A DNA stretch of 64,000 nucleotides, taken from assembly GCA_964429275.1 (NCBI GenBank), contig CAYSBJ010000001.1, positions 389,776-453,775 of the forward strand, in the 5' to 3' direction. Every line of letters begins with the position of its first letter. The first letter of the stretch is position 1. A program made the translations under genes and the position numbers. This DNA is from an uncultured Pseudomonadota bacterium. Its GTDB lineage: Bacteria > Babelota > Babeliae > Babelales > JAUPTZ01. The notes beneath the pieces were generated by a model. It was not told the origin of the DNA, did no database searches, and saw only the letters and a list, made by a program, of their open reading frames with translations. Shown here piece after piece: positions 26,777 to 36,391 of this stretch.

Positions 26777-27463
26777 ATGGTATCATCCGCAACCGATTTG
26801 CGCGTCAAGGAGCTTCTTCGTGAGAAGCGCTGGACGACCAAGATGCTTGCCGAAAAGACTGGCATGTCCGAGAGCTACTTAACACACATCAAGAATGGCA
26901 CTCGCCGGTGGAACGAAGATATCTTAAAGCGGCTATCTGAAGCTTTTGAGATTCACCCTATCGAGTTGTTCAGCGTGCGTAAGCGGGCGGCGGCAGAGCG
27001 TAAAGATCGGGTTGCAAAGCGTGAAGGCGGGGAAGTTGCCCCGGCCATTGTGCCTAAAATTGTACCGGTTATGAAAGAAATTCCGGCTCACCCATCTCCT
27101 TATACTAACCAAGTTACCCAAATGACCACCGGTTGCAAGGATATGTTTGTTCCCGTTATCGGCTGTGACGACCCGGACATGTTTTGTGTCAAGCTTGACG
27201 TAAATACCCTTCGGCCAGAGTTTCTGCGGGGAGACTATCTGATTGTTTCACCGGCCGCCGAAGTCTCTTCGGGTGATGTGGTAGCGATTGAGTTTAGTGC
27301 TTCTGGTCGGCAGGTTCGCCAGTTTATGCAAATTTCTTTTGTGGAAAATTTCATCATTCTGGAGTCGCCAAGCCATCGGCAATCGCCGGTTACAGTGGCA
27401 AAAGGGAAAGATGCTTATCGTATTATTGGTAAGGTCATTTACCGCTATCAGAAAGTCGACTAA
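26777..27463 (+). CDS. XRE-HTH plus S24-like (LexA/CI-type) transcriptional regulator, copy 1
   Basis: HTH LAEKTGMSESYLTHIKNG; C-terminal GDYLIV, GDVV, RIIGKVI; AAGGAG RBS. Confidence 0.9.
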   Translation: MVSSATDLRVKELLREKRWTTKMLAEKTGMSESYLTHIKNGTRRWNEDILKRLSEAFEIHPIELFSVRKRAAAERKDRVAKREGGEVAPAIVPKIVPVMKEIPAHPSPYTNQVTQMTTGCKDMFVPVIGCDDPDMFCVKLDVNTLRPEFLRGDYLIVSPAAEVSSGDVVAIEFSASGRQVRQFMQISFVENFIILESPSHRQSPVTVAKGKDAYRIIGKVIYRYQKVD

Positions 27464-27505
27464 CGAGTAGCGCTGCGAGTGTTGCTAGACGGGTCGGGCT
27501 GATTG

Positions 27506-27533
27506 TTGACTATGTGTCAAGGTTTGGTAGACT
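27506..27533 (+). promoter_or_regulatory. Sigma70 promoter with overlapping palindrome TTGAC-N5-GTCAA (candidate operator)
   Basis: TTGACT-16 bp-TAGACT with TG extension; perfect 5-bp inverted repeat at 27506-27520. Confidence 0.5.
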
Positions 27534-27636
27534 GTAACCCGGCAAAGGTTCAACCTCGTAGCTTGGGGAACGTGGGGATGTGTCCTAGTTCAGTGATATA
27601 ACAGAAGGTGTAGGTATACTTAATATGGAGTCAGCT

Positions 27637-28326
27637 ATGGTATCTACAAAACTGCGAGTGCGAGAGTTGCTCAGAGAGCGACGGTGGACCACTAAAGTAC
27701 TGTCTGAAAAGACCGGAATGTCGGAAAGCTATCTCACTCACATCAAGAATGGAACAAGACGTTGGAATGAAGATGCGCTGCGCAAGCTTGCTGGGGCATT
27801 TGAAATGGAGCCAATTGAGTTATTTGCTCACCGGCGTCAACAAAAAACGACTGAAAATACGGCGGTTGCTGCCAATCCGGTGGTTCCTTCCGATCCTGCG
27901 TATGCAAACTTGAAGATACGAATTGTGCCGGTGACCGGTGAAATTCCTTCATATCCAAGCGAGTACAATAATCAGATAGTTCAAATGGCTTCTGGTTACA
28001 AAGGAGTTTTTGTTCCGATTTTCGACTGCGAGGACCCGAACGTGTTTTGTTATGCGGTCGAAGATAGTAGTTTGTTGCCGACCTTTACCAAAGGTGATCA
28101 ATTAATCATTTCACCGGAAGTGTGGACTCGCTCTGGTGACGTTGTTGCGGTTGAGTACGGCAGTACTGAAAATCCGACAAAAGCTATTGTCCGTGTAAAT
28201 TTTATGGATGAATTTGTGATTCTTGAATCAATCAATCACAAAAAATCCCCTATCGTGTTGGTGCGTGGCAAAGACATGTTCCGCATTATTGGAAAAGTTT
28301 TACATCGTTATCAAAAAATGATGTAA
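27637..28326 (+). CDS. XRE-HTH plus S24-like transcriptional regulator, copy 2
   Basis: HTH LSEKTGMSESYLTHIKNG; GDQLII, GDVV, RIIGKVL; GGAG before ATG 27637 (alternative start 27625). Confidence 0.9.
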   Translation: MVSTKLRVRELLRERRWTTKVLSEKTGMSESYLTHIKNGTRRWNEDALRKLAGAFEMEPIELFAHRRQQKTTENTAVAANPVVPSDPAYANLKIRIVPVTGEIPSYPSEYNNQIVQMASGYKGVFVPIFDCEDPNVFCYAVEDSSLLPTFTKGDQLIISPEVWTRSGDVVAVEYGSTENPTKAIVRVNFMDEFVILESINHKKSPIVLVRGKDMFRIIGKVLHRYQKMM

Positions 28327-28434
28327 AGAGCCTGAGGCCTTTTGGCCTTAGTTTTATTTAATAGAGGTACCGTTAAACGCGCGTCATGCGTGATTATCTC
28401 CTCAGTGGTTATAACAAAAAAGGAGAACCTTTTT

Positions 28435-28911
28435 ATGAAGCATTATGAAACATTAATGCTGTTGCCGGTAACGGCAACACCAGCCGACTTTGCATTGGTC
28501 GAGAAACAGTTGAAGACTCTTGTAAAAGCGGCGCACGGCAACGTGAGCACGTTTGATAAATGGGGTCGTTATAAATTGGCATACCCAATTAATAAACAAG
28601 AATACGGCGTATATGTACTTGCTCGTTATGAAGTAGCTGACGAAGCACAACCGTTCTTTCAAAAATTAGAACATTTCTTGAAAGTAAAATGTGTTGATTC
28701 AGTAATGCGTTATGTACACGTCAGCCTGACTCCAGCGCAATATGCTGAAGCTTACATTAAACCAGAAGCAATGGAAGCTGGACAAACTGGTCGTGAATAT
28801 CGTCCGCGTACTGGTTTTGCACCACAAGCAGCTGAAGCGCCAACAGAAGTGGCGGCAGTAGAAGAAGTGGTGGAAGTGGTTGAAGCGACTGAAACGATTG
28901 TTGAAGGGTAA
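28435..28911 (+). CDS. rpsF: 30S ribosomal protein S6 with acidic C-terminal tail
   Basis: [19 protein letters not shown]...GVY, VMRY. Confidence 0.93.
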   Translation: MKHYETLMLLPVTATPADFALVEKQLKTLVKAAHGNVSTFDKWGRYKLAYPINKQEYGVYVLARYEVADEAQPFFQKLEHFLKVKCVDSVMRYVHVSLTPAQYAEAYIKPEAMEAGQTGREYRPRTGFAPQAAEAPTEVAAVEEVVEVVEATETIVEG

Positions 28912-28916
28912 GGCTC

Positions 28917-29201
28917 ATGGCGAATAAATTTAAATTAAAAGTCAGTGCGCGTTTGATGCGCAAAAAAGTAAAAAAGACTGCGTCAACAGGTAAGAAGCAA
29001 TGCCGTTTTGAGAACAATCCAGAATTGGCAAAAGCGCTTGACTACAAGAACGTTCATTTGTTGCAAGGCTTTTTGACTGAACGTGGCAAAATTTTACCAG
29101 CGCGTATTTCTGGTAACTCAAGCTACTACCAACGTAAACTGTCGCGCGAAATTAAACTCGCTCGCATTATGGGTATGTTGCCATATTGCTCAGTTCGCTA
29201 A
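28917..29201 (+). CDS. rpsR: 30S ribosomal protein S18
   Basis: [33 protein letters not shown]...LPY. Confidence 0.96.
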   Translation: MANKFKLKVSARLMRKKVKKTASTGKKQCRFENNPELAKALDYKNVHLLQGFLTERGKILPARISGNSSYYQRKLSREIKLARIMGMLPYCSVR

Positions 29202-29223
29202 GAATTGACGAAACAAAAATCGT

Positions 29224-29258
29224 AGGGGCTCGAGATTAAGTTTGAGAGCCTCTTTTTT
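29224..29258 (+). terminator. Rho-independent terminator after rpsR
   Basis: aggggctc...gagcctct followed by a T tract. Confidence 0.6.
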
Positions 29259-29351
29259 CTACTGAAGCTGCTTTTACCTGCGCATTGCGAGAAATTTGGG
29301 AGCCTGGTAATTCAGTTTTTATCGTAGAGTCTCATAAGTAAAGATGTAAAC

Positions 29352-31160
29352 ATGAATAATACACGTAAAGATATACGAAACATTGCTATCATTGCACACG
29401 TTGACCATGGAAAGACAACGTTGGTTGATAAGATGTTACAACAAGCCGGCACATTAGGCCGCGGAAATACTGGTGTTGACCGTATTATGGATAGTAATGA
29501 CCTTGAGCGTGAACGAGGGATTACTATTGTTGCTAAGAACACTTCTATTTGTTTGCCACAAGGTACGATCAATATCGTAGACACTCCTGGTCACATGGAC
29601 TTTGGGGGAGAAGTAGAGCGTACATTGCAGATGGTTGAAGGGGTTTTGCTCCTTGTTGACGCTGCTGAAGGTCCGTTGCCTGGCACACGTTTTGTGCTTC
29701 AAAAAGCGCTTGAACTTAATTTGAAACCGATCGTGGTAATTAATAAGATTGATCGTAAAGATGCGACGATTGAACGTACTCGCGAAAATATTGCAGATCT
29801 CTTCCTTGATATCGCTATCAGCGAAGATCAACTTGATTATCCAGTGCTATACGGCGCTGCGCGTGATGGTTACATCAATTTGGATCCAGAAAAACGTGAA
29901 GGCACGTTGCAAGATTTGTTCGACACAATTTGGAACCACGTTCCAGCGCCAAAAGAAGAGCGTCCTGAGCTTCAGCTTTTGATTACCAATCTTGACTACT
30001 CACCATACCAAGGTCGCTTGGCTATTGGCCGTATCTTGAACGGAACTATCAAAGTTGGTGATCGTATTGTATGGTGTACGAGTGATCGTACCAGTCCGGT
30101 AACAACCGTCAGCGTGATTTACCGTTTCTCTGGCGTTGACCGGGTGACGACTCCTGAAGCAACGTTTGGTGATATTGTAGTTATTGGTGGTGTAGACGAA
30201 GCTATCTGTATTGGTGCAACCGTGTGCCACTGGGATAAAATAATACCGCTTACCTATGTGAAAATCTCTGAACCGACGTTGTCGATGCAGTTGGGGGTAA
30301 ATACTTCGCCATTCGCTGGTCGTGAAGGAAGCATCTTAACGTCGCGTCAAATTCGTGACCGTCTCTTTAAGGAATTGCGTACAAACGTTTCGCTCCGCGT
30401 AGAAGATACTGACTCGCCAGAAACATTCTTGCTCTGTGGTCGTGGTCAATTGCACTTAACCGTATTGGTTGAAACAATGCGTCGTGAAGGCTTTGAGCTA
30501 CAACTTTCAGCCCCACAAGTATTGTTCCGTGAAATTAACGGGCAAAAATGTGAGCCGATGGAAATGGTTCTGGTTGACGTGGCACAAGAATATACTGGTG
30601 CCGTTATTGAATTGATTGGCGCCCGTCGTGGTCGCATGGAAAATATGGAACAACTGGACGACGGCCGTAACCGTTTGACGTTCATTATGCCGGCGCGTGG
30701 TATGCTTGGGCTTCGGGGGCAAATGCTTACCGAAACTCGTGGTACTGCGACGTTGAATCATCGCTATAATGGCTATGAACCGTACCAAGGCGAAATTCCA
30801 AGCCGTATCAAAGGTGCGTTGATCAGTATGGAACAAGGTGCCGTCACTGCGTATGCGCTGGACGGTTTGCAGCCACGCGGTATTTTGTTCGTTGGACCAA
30901 CGACTGAAGTATACGAAGGCATGATTGTCGGCGAACATTCTCGCGATAATGACCTCGATGTAAACCCAACCAAGCAGAAGAAGTTGACCAACATGCGTGC
31001 CTCCGGTACGGATGATGCACCAAATCTTCAGCCGCCACGTGAGTTTAACTTGGAAACGGCGTTGGACTGGATTGCGGATGACGAGCTTGTTGAAGTGACA
31101 CCAGAAAGCATCAGATTGCGTAAGCGCTATTTGAAGCCAACGGATCGCAAACGAAACTAA
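29352..31160 (+). CDS. typA: Translational GTPase TypA/BipA
   Basis: IRNIAIIAHVDHGKTTLVD, ERERGITI, GRGQLHL, KKLTNMRASG, ELVEVTPESIRLRK. Confidence 0.97.
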   Translation: MNNTRKDIRNIAIIAHVDHGKTTLVDKMLQQAGTLGRGNTGVDRIMDSNDLERERGITIVAKNTSICLPQGTINIVDTPGHMDFGGEVERTLQMVEGVLLLVDAAEGPLPGTRFVLQKALELNLKPIVVINKIDRKDATIERTRENIADLFLDIAISEDQLDYPVLYGAARDGYINLDPEKREGTLQDLFDTIWNHVPAPKEERPELQLLITNLDYSPYQGRLAIGRILNGTIKVGDRIVWCTSDRTSPVTTVSVIYRFSGVDRVTTPEATFGDIVVIGGVDEAICIGATVCHWDKIIPLTYVKISEPTLSMQLGVNTSPFAGREGSILTSRQIRDRLFKELRTNVSLRVEDTDSPETFLLCGRGQLHLTVLVETMRREGFELQLSAPQVLFREINGQKCEPMEMVLVDVAQEYTGAVIELIGARRGRMENMEQLDDGRNRLTFIMPARGMLGLRGQMLTETRGTATLNHRYNGYEPYQGEIPSRIKGALISMEQGAVTAYALDGLQPRGILFVGPTTEVYEGMIVGEHSRDNDLDVNPTKQKKLTNMRASGTDDAPNLQPPREFNLETALDWIADDELVEVTPESIRLRKRYLKPTDRKRN

Positions 31161-31195
31161 TTATTTTGAGGAAGCGGCTGCTTCCTCGAGGTAAC

Positions 31196-31235
31196 AAAAT
31201 AAAGGGGTCTCCAATTTGGGGACCCCTTTATTTTT
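31196..31235. terminator. Bidirectional terminator between typA and the ankyrin gene
   Basis: aaaataaaggggtctcc...ggggacccctttatttt with A and T flanks. Confidence 0.8.
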
Positions 31236-31309
31236 GCTTATGCTCGGTAACGGTTTGGTTTTGTTTATTGCCAGAGATGCCCAGCCTTGGCGGCGGCGGA
31301 AGCCTTCTG

Positions 31310-31795
31310 TTATCGATCGCTTTTTGGCATAAGAAATGCCACTAAGTCTTTGTGTCCCGCTTTGTAAGCACAGTCTATTGCAGATTCGCCATCGGCGTTT
31401 TCCACTTCGGCGTCTGCGCCAAGTTCTTCGACTAAAGTTTTGGCAAGCGGTGCGTCTCCGGATAGCGCTGCCAGGTGCAGTAATGTGTTTTTTTTATCAT
31501 CAAGTTGCAGGCTAGCGAGCTTTGAATCGTTTATATCTGGATTTGCCGCAAGAATAAGTGTGCGATGAGGGGCTGGTTGATTTAATGGTTTCTCACAATA
31601 AGGAGAAAGACTGAGTGTTAGCGAGCGCGTATCCTTGGTGGAGGTTTTTTGGTTGCTGTAAGTCCTGTATAGATATACGCTTGTGCCAATAGCGGCCCCG
31701 GTTAAGAGGATGGTGCGTAATTTTATTCCGTGAGCACTCTGTGCCGTGGTGGTGAGTAGTAGTGTTAGGGCGAGTGATTTGCTTAGCATATTCAT
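31310..31795 (-). CDS. Small exported ankyrin-repeat protein
   Basis: Signal peptide, TM ILLTGAAIGTSVYLY, ankyrin NTLLHLAALSG...LVEELGADAEVENADGESAIDCA. Confidence 0.8.
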   Translation of the reverse strand: MNMLSKSLALTLLLTTTAQSAHGIKLRTILLTGAAIGTSVYLYRTYSNQKTSTKDTRSLTLSLSPYCEKPLNQPAPHRTLILAANPDINDSKLASLQLDDKKNTLLHLAALSGDAPLAKTLVEELGADAEVENADGESAIDCAYKAGHKDLVAFLMPKSDR

Positions 31796-31987
31796 GTTGT
31801 TGTTCCTGATGAGTAGTAAGGGCATTTGGCTGCGGCGGGGCATTCTCCCATAAAAGTGGCAGTCGGGTCAATTGGGGCAGCGGAAAAAAGTATCTGCTGT
31901 GCATGAAATAGGCCCTTTTTCCTCTATGCGTTGTTTCCTCCTCACGGACTTTATTAGAGTTAATGAAGTTACTTGAAGGGGAATGTG

Positions 31988-33025
31988 ATGCGCAAAATAC
32001 TTACTTATAAAGGATTTTTCCTAGTGATAGTATTACTTGGAAGGGGCGATATGCTCTTGGCTTCTGGTGTTGCATTAGCGACTCTAGAGCAGAGTAATCA
32101 AGTGCGAAGGACTTCCTCGCCAATGCATTCTTTGAGTGGTATTGATTCTGTAAGTGCTGGTTCAAGTGATAGTGATGTGGCAAGCATTAGTTCAAGTGAT
32201 GTTGAATCAGTCAGCTCGAGCGAGAGTGAAGGTGAAAGAAAGTCTGAATACGTGGATTTTCCAACAAGGGCCTGGCGTACATTTAACTCAGATTTGTTTA
32301 CGGATAAGGAGCGTCTCAACGTACTGCTTGCTTGGGCACGTCAACCATTACTTATCCCTGGAGGACTGCCTGATTTTGATGAGGTTCTGGAGGCGAGTGT
32401 GCATGTAATACGTTCAGAGAAACCGCTTTCGTTGGAGCAGTATCTTTACCATATTCTTTTTTCAAAAGCAGATGCAGACTCAGATGAATATTCGCAAGAC
32501 CCGGCCCTCCTTTTTAGGTACTTTTGCTTTACCAACATATACTGGCCATACCATCGTAAAAAGACTGTAACGGCCGTTGATATACAACATTATTTTGCTG
32601 CCTTGGTAGCCAAAGGATGTATTTCTGCTGATCAGGCTCATTTCTTGAAATCTTATGAGCCGTGGAAGAAAGACTGTGAGCGATTACATCACGATATGAC
32701 TGCGCAAAAATGTGGCGAGATTCTAGAAGATCCATCGGTAGATATGCGTGATAAGCATGCGGCGTTGACAACCTTGCAGTGGTTTAATCCGTCATCATAT
32801 CTCTTCTTTAGGCGCAAAGTACTCGATGCTGTTGTTACGGCGTCTGAGTTGCATCGCGATCCAACGTTGCAGGTTCGCTTTATGGTGTATGAGCATATGT
32901 TAAAGCCAGGAACCGCATATTCTCAGGAAGTGGTGCTTGGGGAATGGATGCGCCGCGGTGCTTTGACATCGGAGCAGCGGGATAGAGTACTTGCCTCCTT
33001 GGACGAGCAAGCAGAGGAAGGCTAA
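31988..33025 (+). CDS. Hypothetical exported protein with a Ser/acidic-rich N-terminal segment
   Basis: Signal-like N-terminus; SSDSDVASISSSDVESVSSSESEGE; long ORF. Confidence 0.75.
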   Translation: MRKILTYKGFFLVIVLLGRGDMLLASGVALATLEQSNQVRRTSSPMHSLSGIDSVSAGSSDSDVASISSSDVESVSSSESEGERKSEYVDFPTRAWRTFNSDLFTDKERLNVLLAWARQPLLIPGGLPDFDEVLEASVHVIRSEKPLSLEQYLYHILFSKADADSDEYSQDPALLFRYFCFTNIYWPYHRKKTVTAVDIQHYFAALVAKGCISADQAHFLKSYEPWKKDCERLHHDMTAQKCGEILEDPSVDMRDKHAALTTLQWFNPSSYLFFRRKVLDAVVTASELHRDPTLQVRFMVYEHMLKPGTAYSQEVVLGEWMRRGALTSEQRDRVLASLDEQAEEG

Positions 33026-33438
33026 TCAGCGTTGAGCTCATCCAAGAAGCGCTTTAAGTGTACGCGCACTGTTTCGTGCGTAAACTCCAGCGTGTCCAGA
33101 TTTGTGTCCGGCTGAATCCAGCGATAGCGGCGGTGGTCGCTACTGAGGTATACTTCCTTGCTCATGGTTGTGCAGAGAAAGTAAGCGCGATAATAATCGT
33201 ATGTGGCAGTATGCCAGTTGTCGATATAGAGCACGCGGACAATTGCGATATCTTTAATGCCGGTTTCTTCGGTTATTTCTCGAATTACCCCATCGCTCCA
33301 AATTTCTTTGGTATGTAGTTTGCCGCCAGGCAATTGCCAGCGGCCGTCAGGGAGTTGGAGGAGTAGAATTTCGTAATTCTGATTAACCAATATTACCGCC
33401 TGGGTAATCAGAGACTGTGCTTCTCTATGGTTTATCAT
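33022..33438 (-). CDS. NUDIX hydrolase
   Basis: WQLPGGK...GVIREITEETG Nudix box; ATGA overlap with upstream transporter. Confidence 0.9.
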   Translation of the reverse strand: MINHREAQSLITQAVILVNQNYEILLLQLPDGRWQLPGGKLHTKEIWSDGVIREITEETGIKDIAIVRVLYIDNWHTATYDYYRAYFLCTTMSKEVYLSSDHRRYRWIQPDTNLDTLEFTHETVRVHLKRFLDELNAD

Positions 33439-35060
33439 ACCTTCTTTGAGTCCTTTTCGGGGTGTCCTTGGTTACAGAGTGTTAGTATAGAAACAGAAAT
33501 AACAGTGCCAAGAGTTATGCCCCCCAGGGCACCGATTTTGGGCCATATGCCGGTCGCAAGGCACGCAAAAAATGTTCCCACAAACACGGGTAAGACGTAT
33601 ATGAGTTGCGTAAATACATGATCAAGGTGGTATGATCCGGTGCTTGCCGAGCTCATGATAGTAGTATCAGAAATTGGTGAGACATGGTCGCCGAGTACCG
33701 CGCCAGATAAAATGGCACCAAGCATAGGAAAAAGGCTTGGCACTTGTTCCAGAGGAACAGGGGTTTCTAGCGCTGCTAATCGTAAAAGCATTGGGACTGC
33801 GATAGGAATAATGATGCCAATAGTTCCCCATGATGATCCCATAGCAAAAGAAGTAATACTAGACACTATAAAGAATAGAGCGGGCATGCTCCAGAGCGGC
33901 ACGGTATGCGCAAGCAGAGTGGCAATGTAGTTGCCGGTGTGTAGTTCTTGATTAAGCATGTTGCCAAATGTCCAGCACAAGAAGAGTACAATCATTGCTG
34001 GTGCCATGAGTTCGACTCCTTTATACATTAAAGCTGGTACGCGTCGCAGATCGAGCAATCGACGGGAGTAGAGGTACATGATGCTGACCGTTAGTGAAAC
34101 AATACTTCCCAGCGCTAGGGAATAAGCTACTTTTGCCGTTCTAAGGGCGTCGATGATGCCATTAGCTCCGCCAAAAAGGGAAAAATTACCAGAAATGAGC
34201 AAGCCTACCAGTGTGACGATCATGAAGAGAAATATTGGTGAGACAAAATCAAACAGAGTCGCGCGGGGGTCGCAGTCGATATTGTCTGTCATTGCGACTG
34301 ATGGTTCGATGCCGTCTTGAGCCATTTTTTCATGAGTGCGCATTGGGCCAAAGGAGATGCGTTGTGTTACAAGGTACCAGGCGCTAATCATCAAGATGAA
34401 TGAGTAAAAAATATAGGGAAGTAACCCGAGATAGACAAGGAACGGATCGCCAATAATAACGGTTGATGCAACAGGAGTTTCGGCAATGCCGGCTTGCTGA
34501 ATTTGCCCCATAATAACGGCAACCCAGCTTGAGATTGGCATTAATACTGCCATTGGTGCGGCCATTGAATCGATTAGGAACGCAAGTTTTACTGGTGGTA
34601 TTTTGAACTTGTCGGTGATAGGGCGCATGATGGAGCCAACTGTTAGCGTGCTGAAATAGTCGTCAAGAAAGAGCACCAAGGATAGGAAAAGACTTGCCTG
34701 TTCGACTTGTCGGGCATTCTTGAGCTTTCGCTGAATCATGTTGGCGTATGCTTGTGCGCAGCCAGTGTGGTCAAGAATGGCAACGATGATGCCGAGATTT
34801 ATAAGGAACAGGAATACCAGGATGGTTTGGCTTTCGCTGATCGTTGCCCAACTGCCGAGTGCGGCGATATCGCTAGTGAGCCAGAATTTTCTCAGCAGAA
34901 GCTCGATGCTTCCAGTCGGACTTGCATGTGCAGCAATGACGGCAGCCAGACCCAGGCCGACAAAGAGTGACGTGACAATGCGATGAGTGATGATTCCCAG
35001 TGCAAGGACGACGAGGGGCGGAACAATAGAAAGAAATGTTGGTTCAATAGCGGTAATCAT
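33435..35060 (-). CDS. Na+/H+ antiporter NhaC-family transporter
   Basis: SIVPP, FLDDYF, KLAFLIDSMAAP, PISSW, GSSWGT, GAVLGDHVSPISDTTIMSS. Confidence 0.92.
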   Translation of the reverse strand: MITAIEPTFLSIVPPLVVLALGIITHRIVTSLFVGLGLAAVIAAHASPTGSIELLLRKFWLTSDIAALGSWATISESQTILVFLFLINLGIIVAILDHTGCAQAYANMIQRKLKNARQVEQASLFLSLVLFLDDYFSTLTVGSIMRPITDKFKIPPVKLAFLIDSMAAPMAVLMPISSWVAVIMGQIQQAGIAETPVASTVIIGDPFLVYLGLLPYIFYSFILMISAWYLVTQRISFGPMRTHEKMAQDGIEPSVAMTDNIDCDPRATLFDFVSPIFLFMIVTLVGLLISGNFSLFGGANGIIDALRTAKVAYSLALGSIVSLTVSIMYLYSRRLLDLRRVPALMYKGVELMAPAMIVLFLCWTFGNMLNQELHTGNYIATLLAHTVPLWSMPALFFIVSSITSFAMGSSWGTIGIIIPIAVPMLLRLAALETPVPLEQVPSLFPMLGAILSGAVLGDHVSPISDTTIMSSASTGSYHLDHVFTQLIYVLPVFVGTFFACLATGIWPKIGALGGITLGTVISVSILTLCNQGHPEKDSKKV

Positions 35061-35147
35061 GAAGGAAAAAACCTATAAAAGCATGGTAAAAACAGTATTA
35101 GTTGATTGGCGCATAATACTGTTTTTTTACCGATCGCACAATGATTT

Positions 35148-35387
35148 CTATGAAGGGATCAGTCGGTTTGGCTCTTTGCGGTAGGAGAAGATGACTCCTT
35201 CCTCTATATAGAGATCAAACCAAGCGAGGAGCTGTTCTTCGTGCGCTGGTGTGACAAAAAATTCTAGAATATCGCGCGCCCCGTCCATAGTGCGATGGAA
35301 CGCAATATTGTCGTGGCTTTTAAGGTGGGCGATCATGAGCCAGATCATGTGGCGATGGGCGTGGACAATGTAATAACTGCAATACAT
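35148..35387 (-). CDS. Small protein, DUF4911-like
   Basis: 79 aa; pattern Y...IW....LKS.DNIAF.RT.D....LEFFV.P recalls DUF4911. Confidence 0.55.
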   Translation of the reverse strand: MYCSYYIVHAHRHMIWLMIAHLKSHDNIAFHRTMDGARDILEFFVTPAHEEQLLAWFDLYIEEGVIFSYRKEPNRLIPS

Positions 35388-35450
35388 AAAACCATTTCAA
35401 ATTAAGCTGTTTACGTTGCGTATTTTAACGTTTTATAGACGGCTAGGGCC

Positions 35451-35548
35451 GTCATTGCGAGGAGTGTACGCGACGAACCGCCTTTGCTCGAAGAGCTATG
35501 GCGAGTCACGCCTTAGGCCCCTTCGGGGTGGCGGCGGAGCAATCCAGA
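35451..35548. repeat. RPE/REP-like palindromic element with a nested second palindrome
   Basis: gtcattgcgag...gcaatccaga matches the reverse complement of 51043-51073; insert ccgcctttgctcgaagagctatggcg...ggcggcgg. Confidence 0.7.
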
Positions 35549-35669
35549 AGGAGCGTTGCTAGTCTAAAGCAAGAGGGGAAAAATGGAATAGTAGTGTTGG
35601 CTATTTTTTTAGAAGTTGTTATTTTATGTGTGTTTTTACTCTCTTTTGTACTCTTTTGAAGGAAGTTTT

Positions 35670-36386
35670 ATGAAAATAAAGTCTATTTTTTCGGGTCTCG
35701 GTGTCGTTCTATTTCTTCACGGAGGGCTTTTCTCTGCAACTGCAGCGCCTGCTGTTCAATCATATAACTGGAACTACTGGTCGTATGAATTTGGCGCGGG
35801 AGTTGGCTACGTTAGCTCAAAAATTCCGACTATTGAACACTCAAGCGAGGTTCTTGCTCCTTCGTCCGGCTCCACTATGCCTGTTAAAATGAAATTAAGT
35901 GGCTTTCCGATGGTTGATTTTCGTTTAGGTCTTGAGAAAAGTTGGCACTTCGCCGAAAAACTAACCGCTACACTCGACTGGGCGCTTTTGACCCCAGCGT
36001 TTACTGTCGGGTATCTCATTTCTCCCCGTACGCGCCTCTATATAGGTGCACATTACTCCGTCTTTTTGAACTCGGGGCGAGTTATCGATAGTTTCAGCAC
36101 CGAGACACACACTCAGTCTACTACGTATCGTCAAGCAGACGGTGTTGAGGTGACTAAGGAGCATGGCGTAAGACAGACCTTGCATATGAAGCCACGATTT
36201 TTTTATTTGTCTCCGCGGGCGGGGGTAGACTTCTTTATTTCCTCACGGACTTTACTTCGCGTGAACCTCTCTTGTGACTGGAGTAAAGTCAATGCTGAGC
36301 AGCAGGTGCAAGGCTCGACCGCTTGCCTTGAGGGAGGAAGCATTTTTTGGCCGCAGCTCACCATTTCGCTTAAGAAGTTCTTTTAA
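35670..36386 (+). CDS. Putative outer-membrane beta-barrel protein
   Basis: Signal peptide, alternating amphipathic strands, C-terminal aromatic (QLTISLKKFF). Confidence 0.65.
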   Translation: MKIKSIFSGLGVVLFLHGGLFSATAAPAVQSYNWNYWSYEFGAGVGYVSSKIPTIEHSSEVLAPSSGSTMPVKMKLSGFPMVDFRLGLEKSWHFAEKLTATLDWALLTPAFTVGYLISPRTRLYIGAHYSVFLNSGRVIDSFSTETHTQSTTYRQADGVEVTKEHGVRQTLHMKPRFFYLSPRAGVDFFISSRTLLRVNLSCDWSKVNAEQQVQGSTACLEGGSIFWPQLTISLKKFF

Positions 36387-36391
36387 TCTGG

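Noticed and set aside
26777..28326. Prophage immunity region or true SOS LexA
   Set aside because: No phage or integrase genes; the N-terminus is an XRE HTH rather than the LexA winged helix; cleavage motifs are absent
33022..33025. Overlapping ends of convergent genes (also 6272-6280, 51529-51532, 60444-60447)
   Set aside because: Common in compact genomes; no evidence of a dedicated mechanism
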